Positions 55,518-64,000 of a stretch of 64,000 bases of DNA are shown one piece after another. Both the position numbers and the translations under genes were made by a program. Each line of letters opens with the position of its first letter. Position 1 is the stretch's first letter. Location of the stretch: assembly GCF_044324875.1 (NCBI RefSeq), contig NZ_CP172185.1; one strand, 5' to 3'. This stretch comes from Escherichia coli. Lineage in GTDB: Bacteria; Pseudomonadota; Gammaproteobacteria; Enterobacterales; Enterobacteriaceae. The notes beneath the pieces are model-generated. The model did no database searches and was not told where the DNA came from. It worked only from the letters and a program-made list of their open reading frames with translations.

Positions 55518-56468
55518 TTACGTTTTAATAATATGTGTGCCTGTTTCACCGCGCAGCGCCGCAGGCAGGCATTCCGGCGTGGTGATAATCACTTCTTTGC
55601 CGCCCTGCTCCAGGAACGTCAGGCTGGCGATGATTTTTGGCAACATGCTGCCAGGCGGGAAATGCCCTTCCTGCATATAGCGGGTCATGGTGGCAATATC
55701 CACCCGATCCAGCGCCTGCTGCTGCGGCTTGCCAAAGTGAATACACACTTTTTCGACGCCGGTGGTGATCACCAGAATGTCGGCGTGAATTTCACGGGCC
55801 AATAGCGCGGTAGAGAGATCTTTGTCGATAACCGCGTCCACGCTTTGGTAATCCCCCGCTTCACTGCACACCACCGGAATTCCACCGCCGCCCGCGCCAA
55901 TCACCACAAAACCTTGTTGGATCAGCGCCTTAATGGCAGGTGCTTCGACAATACGTTTCGGTTCCGGCGAGGCGACCACGCGGCGATAGCCCCGTCCGGC
56001 ATCTTCAACAAAACGCCAGTCAGGGTTTGCCTTTTGTAATTCGTCACGCTGGCTTTCACTGAAGAATGCGCCGATGGGCTTGGTGGGATGAGCAAATCCC
56101 GGATCGTTTTTATCCACTTCCACCTGAGTCACCACGGTGACGGCTTTTTTCTCGCCGTGACGCGCCAGTCGGTTATTCAGCGCCTGTTGGATCAGGTAGC
56201 CGATGCCACCTTGCGTATCCGCCACACAGTTCGCCAGCGGCGTTAAGGGCAGCCCTTCGCGCTCGTGGGCAATCTCCGCACGGCGTAAATCCAGCCCGAC
56301 CTGCGGCCCGTTGCCGTGGGTCAGCACAATGTCGTAATCGGAAGCCAGCATTTCCAGCACCGTATCGGCGACGGCCTTCACCGCCTCCGCCTGATGCTCA
56401 ATCGACTGGCTGGCGTTATCTTTGATAATGCTGTTGCCACCAATGGCAACGACCACAAGTTCTTTCAT
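55518..56468 (-). CDS. yahI: Carbamate kinase-like protein
   Basis: 316 aa; amino-acid kinase fold (MKELVVVAIGGNSI…). Confidence 0.9.
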   Translation of the reverse strand: MKELVVVAIGGNSIIKDNASQSIEHQAEAVKAVADTVLEMLASDYDIVLTHGNGPQVGLDLRRAEIAHEREGLPLTPLANCVADTQGGIGYLIQQALNNRLARHGEKKAVTVVTQVEVDKNDPGFAHPTKPIGAFFSESQRDELQKANPDWRFVEDAGRGYRRVVASPEPKRIVEAPAIKALIQQGFVVIGAGGGGIPVVCSEAGDYQSVDAVIDKDLSTALLAREIHADILVITTGVEKVCIHFGKPQQQALDRVDIATMTRYMQEGHFPPGSMLPKIIASLTFLEQGGKEVIITTPECLPAALRGETGTHIIKT

Positions 56469-56494
56469 GTTGTTATGTCCGCTACAGAGGGTGA

Positions 56495-56705
56495 TGGGGT
56501 TATGACCAACGCCAGACTGCCTGATGCGCTACGCTTATCAGGCCTAGAATTCTCGTGCCATTCGTAGGCCGGATAAGGCGTTCACGCCGCATCCGGCAAT
56601 GGTGACAAATGCCTGATGCGCTACGCTTATCAGGCCTACAGATTCTCGCGCCACTCGTAGGCCGGATAAGGCGTTCACGCCGCATCCGGCAGAGACAACG
56701 CGCAC
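56495..56705. repeat. REP/BIME elements between yahI and yahG
   Basis: Two copies of CCTGATGCGCTACGCTTATCAGGCCTA…CGTAGGCCGGATAAGGCGTTCACGCCGCATCCGGCA. Confidence 0.85.
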
Positions 56706-56713
56706 TTTGCAGG

Positions 56714-58132
56714 TCAGACGCCGTAACGTTCGCACCAGCCAAGAATGGCTTTCTCGAAGCAGGCGAATGGTGGATGCACAATGCCCGCGCCAATCATGCC
56801 GACGCCCGCATCTTTATGGGCGATGGCGGTGTTGATCACCGGCAGAATGCCGCTACTGCCCACGCGGGTTATGTCGATTGCCGACGGCACGCCCATAAAA
56901 CCGAGCAGCGGAATGGTGACGTTGGGATTTTCGCCGAGAGTGATTTCGCGCATCTGGCGGGAGAAATCGATGGCCTCTTCCACCGTACCGCCCACCAGCG
57001 CGACGATTGCAGGCGCGGTCGCCATAGCAAATCCACCAATGCCGTAGGTTTCGGTGATGGCGCTGTCGCCAATATCCAACCCAGAATCTTCCGGCTTATA
57101 ACCGGCAAACATCGGGCCGATGACCTGCTGCGCCGGACCGGTAAACCATTGCCCCGGTAATCCGCTGACCCGCAGGCCGAACTCGACGCCGTTACGCGCC
57201 ATGGTGGTCACCACAGTGCTGTATTCGATGCCGTGCGCCGCATCCATCGCCGCTTTACACATCGCCATCCACGTCGGGCCGGAGAAGTAGTCACTGCTGG
57301 CGACAAACTCAAACACTTCGCGCTGTTGCTCGACGGAGTAGCCCGCCTGAATAATCCCCGGCGTCAGCGCCTGAATCAGCAGCGTCGTCCCGGCGTTATT
57401 GCGGTTATGGCACTCATCGCCCATATGCAGCGCCTGCGCCAGCATTAAGCGCAGATCGATCTCGCCGATAATTTTCATCGCATCGCGCAGCATTGGCCCC
57501 TGCACATCACGCATCCAGTTGAGTCGGTCGATCACGCTCTGGTCGTTAGCGCCCATACGCAAAATCTTTGCCATCTGCTCGCTCATATTGGTGTAAGCGA
57601 TGTTGCCGTAGGTTTTGTTTTTCACGATGTGCATAAACATCGAGGCCGAGGTAACACCCGCCATCGATCCCACGCAGTCATGTTCGTGGCACGGCGAGAA
57701 GGTGATCTCCCCGGAGGCCGCCAGTTCAGCCGCCTCATCGAGATCTTTCGCCAGCCCTTCGAACACCAGCGCTCCGGTGACCGCGCCTTTCATCGCGCCA
57801 CACATTTTTTCCCAGGTGATCGGCGGTCCGGCGTGAAGAATGGTTTTCGGCGTCATACCCGGCACCACGTTAATCGCCTGATCAAAACCAATCAGCACCG
57901 GATGCGACTGGATAATGCGCTCCAAAGCCTGCTGGTTAGCGGCGGCGATTTTGTCTGCCAGCGGCGAATCGGCAATGTTATCCAGCGCCTGCACCACCTG
58001 CATATTGCCCTGCCCCGGCGGCGTCCAGTCGAGTTGAGTCACTTCTACATGCTGCTTTTTCAGGTCATCGCTAAACATGGCGATGCCGACGTTAATAACG
58101 TTCAACGGTTGGCTAAACAGTGACTGGCTCAT
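56714..58132 (-). CDS. yahG: DUF1116 family protein YahG
   Basis: 472-aa ORF immediately downstream of yahF. Confidence 0.8.
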   Translation of the reverse strand: MSQSLFSQPLNVINVGIAMFSDDLKKQHVEVTQLDWTPPGQGNMQVVQALDNIADSPLADKIAAANQQALERIIQSHPVLIGFDQAINVVPGMTPKTILHAGPPITWEKMCGAMKGAVTGALVFEGLAKDLDEAAELAASGEITFSPCHEHDCVGSMAGVTSASMFMHIVKNKTYGNIAYTNMSEQMAKILRMGANDQSVIDRLNWMRDVQGPMLRDAMKIIGEIDLRLMLAQALHMGDECHNRNNAGTTLLIQALTPGIIQAGYSVEQQREVFEFVASSDYFSGPTWMAMCKAAMDAAHGIEYSTVVTTMARNGVEFGLRVSGLPGQWFTGPAQQVIGPMFAGYKPEDSGLDIGDSAITETYGIGGFAMATAPAIVALVGGTVEEAIDFSRQMREITLGENPNVTIPLLGFMGVPSAIDITRVGSSGILPVINTAIAHKDAGVGMIGAGIVHPPFACFEKAILGWCERYGV

Positions 58133-59679
58133 CAGGCTTCCTCCCCTTTGCAGATAAATTCACGCGCCAGCAATCCGGTATTGGTGCTGCTGCTTGCCAG
58201 AATTACCCCAGCATCAAGCAGCATCTGGCTTTGTTGTTCTAATGATGGCGTATCAAGATCGGTACCCAGCACATAGGCGAGAATGATCAACTCACGTCCT
58301 TCGGCAGCGGCGATCGCTTTCGCTTCTTTGATCGCATCGATGGTGGAGCCGACCGGATCTTCATGCGATCCAAATCCGAGCACAAAATCCATCACGATCA
58401 CCGCCACTTCTGGATCGCGCGCTTCTTCGATCAAGCGACTGATGCGGTTGGTCGGGTCAATCATTGGATGCGGCTTGCCGTTGGTGAAGTCGTCATCACC
58501 AAAGTCGAGGAAGGTGTGTTTGATGCTGCGGCTGATATCTTGCAGGCGGAATTCCGGATCGGGCTGAATGTTGCTGTAGACATCGCCGTGTTTTTCCATC
58601 ACCGCGAACATCGTTTCGTCGCACAGCGTGCCGCCGCAGAACAGGCCACGAATGTATTTCTGTTGCGGTTGCAGGCGAGCGCGCACGTCAGCAATCAATG
58701 GCTGGTTCAGGGTATGCAGGTCGAGATGTTCTTGTTTCACACCGGAGAGCATCACCGCTTTTAGTGCCGCCTCTTTGGTGCCGCGAGCAAACTGTAGCCC
58801 CTGCTCATCCACTGGCGTTTCGCCACGACCGAGGAAGCAGACTACCACTGGCTTACGGCAGGCGCGTGCGCGTTCCAGCACTTTGCGGGCCACCGCAGGC
58901 GCTGGCGGTTTGGAGATAAGCACAATGATTTCAGTTTGCGGATCGTTTTCCAGCATCCCGATGGCGTCGAGCATCATCAGGCCGCCGATTTTCTCGCTCA
59001 GGTCGCGCCCGCCGGTGCCGATCAGTTGCGAAACGCCGCCGCCAAATTCATGAATGCGGACGCTCAGCTCCTGGCTGCCGGTGCCGGATGCGCCAACAAT
59101 ACCGATGTTGCCGCGACGCACGGCGTTACCAAAGCAGAGCGCCGCGCCGTTGATAATCGCCGTACCGCAGTCTGGCCCCATCATCAGCAGCCCTTTTTCG
59201 TGGGCCAACTGTTTGAGCGCCAGTTCATCTTCAACTGAGACGTTATCGGAAAACAGCATCACTTTAAGATCGTTTTGCAGCGCCTGACGCGCTTCGCGAG
59301 CGGCAAACAGACCGTTGACCGAAATCACCGCCAGGTTACTTTCCGGGATATGCTTTTTGGCGCTGGCAATAGTGGCATAGCGTGCTTCATGTGAACCAGT
59401 TTGAGCTTTGGTGTTGAACAGTTCTTCAATCTCCACCAGCAACTGCTCGTTGTCCGCACCCGATTTACCATTGATGACAATCATCAGGTCACCGTTTTTC
59501 GCCTGCTCCAGTTCCGGCGTCAGCAGTCCTAAATTCTTCAGCACACCTTTGTTCATTTCGGTCGCCATCGCCACAAATGCCTGCTCGACGCCGTCGAGTT
59601 TATTTGCACGCGTGGAGATAGACATCAGCGAGACAGAATCAAAATAGGTATTCGGTTTAATGACTATTTTAACTGACAT
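58132..59679 (-). CDS. yahF: FdrA-like acyl-CoA synthetase (CoA-binding, succinyl-CoA-synthetase-alpha-like)
   Basis: 515-aa ORF; Gly-rich CoA-binding segments. Confidence 0.85.
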   Translation of the reverse strand: MSVKIVIKPNTYFDSVSLMSISTRANKLDGVEQAFVAMATEMNKGVLKNLGLLTPELEQAKNGDLMIVINGKSGADNEQLLVEIEELFNTKAQTGSHEARYATIASAKKHIPESNLAVISVNGLFAAREARQALQNDLKVMLFSDNVSVEDELALKQLAHEKGLLMMGPDCGTAIINGAALCFGNAVRRGNIGIVGASGTGSQELSVRIHEFGGGVSQLIGTGGRDLSEKIGGLMMLDAIGMLENDPQTEIIVLISKPPAPAVARKVLERARACRKPVVVCFLGRGETPVDEQGLQFARGTKEAALKAVMLSGVKQEHLDLHTLNQPLIADVRARLQPQQKYIRGLFCGGTLCDETMFAVMEKHGDVYSNIQPDPEFRLQDISRSIKHTFLDFGDDDFTNGKPHPMIDPTNRISRLIEEARDPEVAVIVMDFVLGFGSHEDPVGSTIDAIKEAKAIAAAEGRELIILAYVLGTDLDTPSLEQQSQMLLDAGVILASSSTNTGLLAREFICKGEEA

Positions 59680-60160
59680 AATTCCCTCCGTAGGTTTGGC
59701 TCAGCGCACAACCATCGGCCATGCCATACAGCATGTCGCAGCCGGAACTGGAGCCAATATGTTTAATTTTTTCTATTGCCTGGGTTGAATTCCCAGGGAC
59801 ACCATAAATAATATCGTGAATAAAATGATGAATATTTTCCCGGCAGCGTTGTTGTAATGCGGCTTCCAGCGTTATGGCACTTAATAACGTGGTATTATTT
59901 CTGCCGCGTTGCAGACCGATATAAAATTCCTCTTTGTATTTTTCCGCCGGATGTCCGGAAATAAATAAAATAAGCGCCAGACCTGTTAAATAATCATCGG
60001 CTGATGGCGTAAGGCCAATCCCTAACCCCATCATACTGGCGACCGCTAAGGCGATATTTTTTTTATCGTTTACTTCCTGAATAACTGCCCGTCGTTTAAT
60101 ATGTAATTCTTTATTTAACGCCTGATAAAACGGATTATCGCCGCGATAATTAAACAGGGT
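59669..60160 (-). pseudogene. yahE: YahE-like (DUF2877) gene, 3' portion only; 5' end replaced by IS1
   Basis: Frame stays open without a start codon from the IS1 boundary at 60160 down to the stop at 59669 (…TLFNYRGDNPFYQALNKELHIKRRAVIQEV…MMGLGIG…); overlaps the yahF start. Confidence 0.65.
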
Positions 60161-60175
60161 GGTAATGACTCCAAC

Positions 60176-60679
60176 TTATTGATAGTGTTTTATGTTCAGA
60201 TAATGCCCGATGACTTTGTCATGCAGCTCCACCGATTTTGAGAACGACAGCGACTTCCGTCCCAGCCGTGCCAGGTGCTGCCTCAGATTCAGGTTATGCC
60301 GCTCAATTCGCTGCGTATATCGCTTGCTGATTACGTGCAGCTTTCCCTTCAGGCGGGATTCATACAGTGGCCAGCCATCCGTCATCCATATCACCACGTC
60401 AAAGGGTGACAGCAGGCTCATAAGACGCCCCAGCGTCGCCATAGTGCGTTCACCGAATACGTGCGCAACAACCGTCTTCCGGAGCCTGTCATACGCGTAA
60501 AACAGCCAGCGCTGGCGCGATTTAGCCCCGACATAGCCCCACTGTTCGTCCATTTCCGCGCAGACGATGACGTCACTGCCCGGCTGTATGCGCGAGGTTA
60601 CCGACTGCGGCCTGAGTTTTTTAAGTGACGTAAAATCGTGTTGAGGCCAACGCCCATAATGCGGGCAGTTGCCCGGCAT
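60176..60679 (-). CDS. insB: IS1 InsB (transposase C-terminal frame)
   Basis: 167-aa ORF recognised as IS1 InsB. Confidence 0.9.
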
Positions 60680-60873
60680 CCAACGCCATTCATGGCCATA
60701 TCAATGATTTTCTGGTGCGTACCGGGTTGAGAAGCGGTGTAAGTGAACTGCAGTTGCCATGTTTTACGGCAGTGAGAGCAGAGATAGCGCTGATGTCCGG
60801 CGGTGCTTTTGCCGTTACGCACCACCCCGTCAGTAGCTGAACAGGAGGGACAGCTGATAGAAACAGAAGCCAC
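60598..60873 (-). CDS. insA: IS1 InsA (transposition repressor)
   Basis: 91-aa [46 protein letters not shown]…. Confidence 0.92.
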
Positions 60874-60928
60874 TGGAGCACCTCAAAAACACCATCATAC
60901 ACTAAATCAGTAAGTTGGCAGCATCACC

Positions 60929-61270
60929 AGAGATTTACCAACTGCTGAAGCGGAAATATCTCGCGTGCAGGCGTCTATTATCAAATGGTATGCGTCAGAA
61001 TACCATAATGGCAGGCAAGTTCTCGATGAGATACAAACGCCTTCAGCAATTAACAGTGAGCTTTATACAAAAATGATATATCTGACCAGGAACTGGTCAT
61101 TGTATCCGAACGGTGATGGCTGTGTAACTATAAGCTCACCAGAAATAAAAAATAAATACCCTGCTGCCATTTGCCTGGCTCTGGGATTTTTTCTAAGCTT
61201 TGTAATTTCTGTAATGTTTTGCCTTGTCAAAAAAATGGTAGATGAATACCAACAAAACTCTGGGCAGTAA
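60929..61270 (+). pseudogene. 3' fragment of a membrane-protein gene (ykgH-like by position), 5' end replaced by IS1
   Basis: Frame open with no stop from the IS1 junction at 60929 to the stop at 61270; C-terminal hydrophobic helix (AAICLALGFFLSFVISVMFCLV). Confidence 0.4.
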
Positions 61271-61512
61271 TAAACAGCATTCTGATAGAGAGTGCCTGTA
61301 TAAAGCTGAAGTGACAATGACCGGGAAGGGAACCCGTTTTCAGGAATGGATGCCTGTCTTTTTCACTGTAAATATCCTGGCATTACTAATGCCAGGATAT
61401 TTACAGAAGAGCAGCATAACCATGACGGAACGGGGTTAAGTCAGGTTGTCCTTAACGCTATTCACAACCTCGTATGCCGACTTCAGGTTTATGTCCAGAC
61501 TTCATATCTCTC

Positions 61513-62208
61513 TCAGCAATCCTCAATAATCAGATACACCGCTTTCACCGGGCCATGAACCCCGACGACTTTGATAAGCTCAATATCCGCCGTTGAACTA
61601 GGGCCGCTAATGATGTTAATGCAGGACGGCATTCGTTCACCGGCCTGCGCTTTCTGATGCAATTTTTCTGCGAGTTGCGCTACACGCGGCAGGATTGTGC
61701 TTTTACGCAGGATAAAAAGAGAAGATTCCGGGAGCAGGCTCAATGAACGCCCGCGCCCGGCGGCGGAAAAAAGAACCACGCCTCCCGATTCGGTTAAACC
61801 ATATTCAGCATACACGACACCCACTTTAGCCTGCTCTGCTTGTGATATGTTCTCAATACCTTTCGCCGGATCCCAAACAACGGCATTGCATTCCTGCTGC
61901 AAACGTTCGCTAATCCCCAATTCCTCCAGCCTCGTGTCACCGCTAATCACGACCGACTGATCTCCCAGCTCTTTACACAGACGTATTGCAGCTTCTGCCG
62001 CCTTCGCCTCGCTGGTCAGTTCACAGCGCGTCAACATAACATCGCTGGCAAACTGAATAAACGCGTCACAACGCTGCTGTTGGGTAAGTTGGGTAAGCCG
62101 CTCGTTAGCATAGTTGTTAAGCGGCGCATCTTCTGCTTGCGGTTCAAGTCGCAGCGGGCGACCCAGTGCCTGAGCAACGTTATTCAAAAATTCGCTCCGA
62201 TTATCCAT
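61513..62208 (-). CDS. ykgG: LutC-like lactate-utilisation protein
   Basis: 231-aa frame from MDNRSEFLNNVAQALGRPL…; start 2 bp from the ykgF stop. Confidence 0.85.
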   Translation of the reverse strand: MDNRSEFLNNVAQALGRPLRLEPQAEDAPLNNYANERLTQLTQQQRCDAFIQFASDVMLTRCELTSEAKAAEAAIRLCKELGDQSVVISGDTRLEELGISERLQQECNAVVWDPAKGIENISQAEQAKVGVVYAEYGLTESGGVVLFSAAGRGRSLSLLPESSLFILRKSTILPRVAQLAEKLHQKAQAGERMPSCINIISGPSSTADIELIKVVGVHGPVKAVYLIIEDC

Positions 62209-63628
62209 TCTTTTTCTCCTGCGCCTGATGTTTCTTAAACCAACTACGGAAACTCTCTCCGTCAGCTTCAGGAAGATCGCGTGCTTCCATCCAGTCGCTA
62301 ATCGCGCCAAATTTGAGTGGTGTTTTGCCGCCATTGATAAACCAGCTTGCCGCATGAGCACCAGCCATCATCCCGACTTTCCACAATCCTGGATGACTAT
62401 TGGCATAAGCGAACATTTTTATCGCCCGTTGCTCTGCTTTTGCGGTGATCCCTTTTTCAGCCATCACCCGACGATGACGCAAAATCAGTTTTGACAGCGG
62501 AATACGCACCGGACACACGCTGTCACAAGCGGTGCATAAAGAGCAGGCGTAGGGTAAATCTTTAAAATCTTTATAGCCGCCAAGTAGCGGAGAAATCACC
62601 GCACCAATTGGCCCTGGATAAATAGAGCCATATCCATGACCGCCAATATGGCGATATGCCGGACAAGTATTCATACAAGCCCCGCAGCGAATACAGCGCA
62701 GCACATCCCGAAATTCAGAGGCCAGCACCTCAGAACGCCCGTTATCGACAATAACCAGATGAAACTCTTCAGGACCATCAACGTGCCCCGCTTCGCGCGG
62801 TCCTGTCAGCCAGGTGTTGTATCCCGTCAAACGTGCACCAACGGCACTGCGCGCCAGCATGGTGATCAATACATCTACCTCGGCAAACGTGGGGGCAATA
62901 CGCTCCATTCCCATCACTGCAATATGCGTTTTAGGCAGCGTGGTACACATTCGCGCATTACCTTCATTGGTCACCAGGCATACCGAACCGGTCTCTGCCA
63001 CCGCGAAATTACAGCCGGTAATACCTATTTCAGCACTGAGGAAATCTTCGCGGATTTTTTGCCGGATGAATAAGGTCATTGCTTCAGGCGTTTCCGACCC
63101 CTCATAGCCCAGACGTTCGTGTAGCACCCGACGGATCTGATGGCGATCTTTATGAATTGCCGGGACCACAACATGAGAGGGCGGATCTTGATCCAGCTGG
63201 AGAATGTATTCACCCAGATCGGTTTCAATCACCTGAATGCCAGCATCCTGCAACACATGATTGACACCAATCTCTTCGGTCACCATCGATTTAGATTTCA
63301 CCACCTTCCGGGCATTTTTGCGTTGGGCAACCTGTAAAATGTAGCGAGTGGCGTCTTCTTTAGTTTTTGCAAAATAGACGTGACCGCCGTTTTGCGTCAC
63401 TTTTTCTGAGAGCTGGTACAGATAAGCGTCGAGATTACTCAGAACATGATCACGTATCTGGGCGGCCCGATCGCGCCACTCCTCCCAGTGCCCCAATTCA
63501 TCGACCATTTTTTGCCGATTTGCCCCGATACGCTGCTGCGCGTTTGCCACCGCTTTGCGCATGATCGGATCTTCAATTTGCTGACGGATGCGTGTCTTAA
63601 AATCTGTATTACTGGTTTTGATCGACAT
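62201..63628 (-). CDS. ykgF: LutB-like iron-sulfur protein (4Fe-4S ferredoxin-type)
   Basis: 475 aa; Cys clusters CIRCGACMNTCP and CSLCTACDSVCP. Confidence 0.9.
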   Translation of the reverse strand: MSIKTSNTDFKTRIRQQIEDPIMRKAVANAQQRIGANRQKMVDELGHWEEWRDRAAQIRDHVLSNLDAYLYQLSEKVTQNGGHVYFAKTKEDATRYILQVAQRKNARKVVKSKSMVTEEIGVNHVLQDAGIQVIETDLGEYILQLDQDPPSHVVVPAIHKDRHQIRRVLHERLGYEGSETPEAMTLFIRQKIREDFLSAEIGITGCNFAVAETGSVCLVTNEGNARMCTTLPKTHIAVMGMERIAPTFAEVDVLITMLARSAVGARLTGYNTWLTGPREAGHVDGPEEFHLVIVDNGRSEVLASEFRDVLRCIRCGACMNTCPAYRHIGGHGYGSIYPGPIGAVISPLLGGYKDFKDLPYACSLCTACDSVCPVRIPLSKLILRHRRVMAEKGITAKAEQRAIKMFAYANSHPGLWKVGMMAGAHAASWFINGGKTPLKFGAISDWMEARDLPEADGESFRSWFKKHQAQEKKNG

Positions 63629-63638
63629 CTTTATATCC

Positions 63639-64000
63639 TCAGCGGCTCATCAGCACTTCAGCAATATGCATTACTTTGACTTTCTGCCCTTCCCGTTGTA
63701 ATCGCCCACTGATGTTCAGCAGGCAACTCACGTCAGCACCAATTAAATACTCAGGGCGGACTTCCATCAGGTGCGCAACCTTTTCTTTCACCATCTCGCC
63801 GGATATTTCGGCCATTTTGACCGAGAACGTGCCGCCAAATCCGCAGCAGGTATCCTGTTCAGCAAAGGTCAACAGCTCCAGTCCACGCACATTTTTCAGC
63901 AGCATAAGTGGCTCGTCCTTCCCCCCCAGCTTACGGGCCAGGCTACAAGATGGGTGATACACCGCTCTCCCTTGCAAACTGGCACCTACATCGACTACCC
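63639..64000 (-). CDS. ykgE: LutA-like Cys-rich (CCG-domain) protein, 3' part; gene continues past window end
   Basis: C-terminal 112+ residues with CCGFGG motif; frame open to position 64000. Confidence 0.8.
   Translation of the reverse strand, partial: VVDVGASLQGRAVYHPSCSLARKLGGKDEPLMLLKNVRGLELLTFAEQDTCCGFGGTFSVKMAEISGEMVKEKVAHLMEVRPEYLIGADVSCLLNISGRLQREGQKVKVMHIAEVLMSR

Larger units (their letters stand above)
60161..60928 (-). mobile_element. Insertion sequence IS1 (768 bp), no flanking target duplication
   Basis: Termini GGTAATGACTCCAACTTATTGATAGTG (60161 onward) and …ACTAAATCAGTAAGTTGGCAGCATCACC (ending 60928) are the IS1 inverted repeats; flanks AAACAGGGT and AGAGATTTA differ. Confidence 0.92.

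Overview
This window reads as a contiguous stretch of Escherichia coli chromosome, the lac neighbourhood, in reverse orientation relative to the K-12 map as I recall it. Gene order is sbmA(partial)-ampH-yaiV-yaiT::IS2-hemB-tauDCBA-yaiS-yaiP-yaiX-yaiO-frmRAB-yaiL-mhpTEFDCBA-mhpR-lacIZYA-cynXSTR-codAB-[REP array]-prpEDCB-prpR-yahO-yahN-yahM-yahL-yahK-[unnamed ORF]-yahJ(frameshifted)-yahI-yahG-yahF-yahE(truncated)-IS1-[3' gene fragment]-ykgGFE(partial). Almost all of it is well-characterised catabolic and housekeeping operons, with no rRNA, tRNA, CRISPR array or prophage-like block. I did not find a convincing novel multi-gene system. The points worth a second look are strain-specific: (1) an IS2 with a perfect 5-bp target duplication splitting the yaiT autotransporter; (2) an IS1 with no target duplication joined to two 5'-truncated genes, which looks like an IS1-mediated deletion (from recalled K-12 order, the yahD-yahA and betTIBA block would be missing); (3) a frameshift in yahJ; (4) an unnamed signal-peptide ORF between yahK and yahJ; (5) two long tandem REP/BIME arrays; (6) the AT-rich yaiS-yaiP-yaiX-yaiO cluster, whose domain content resembles a cryptic exopolysaccharide module. 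Gene names are from recognition of protein sequences and recalled K-12 gene order; no database search was run. Feature coordinates include the stop codon. The lac control region and LacI/LacZ differ at a few positions from the K-12 sequence as I remember it, which suggests a non-K-12 natural isolate.
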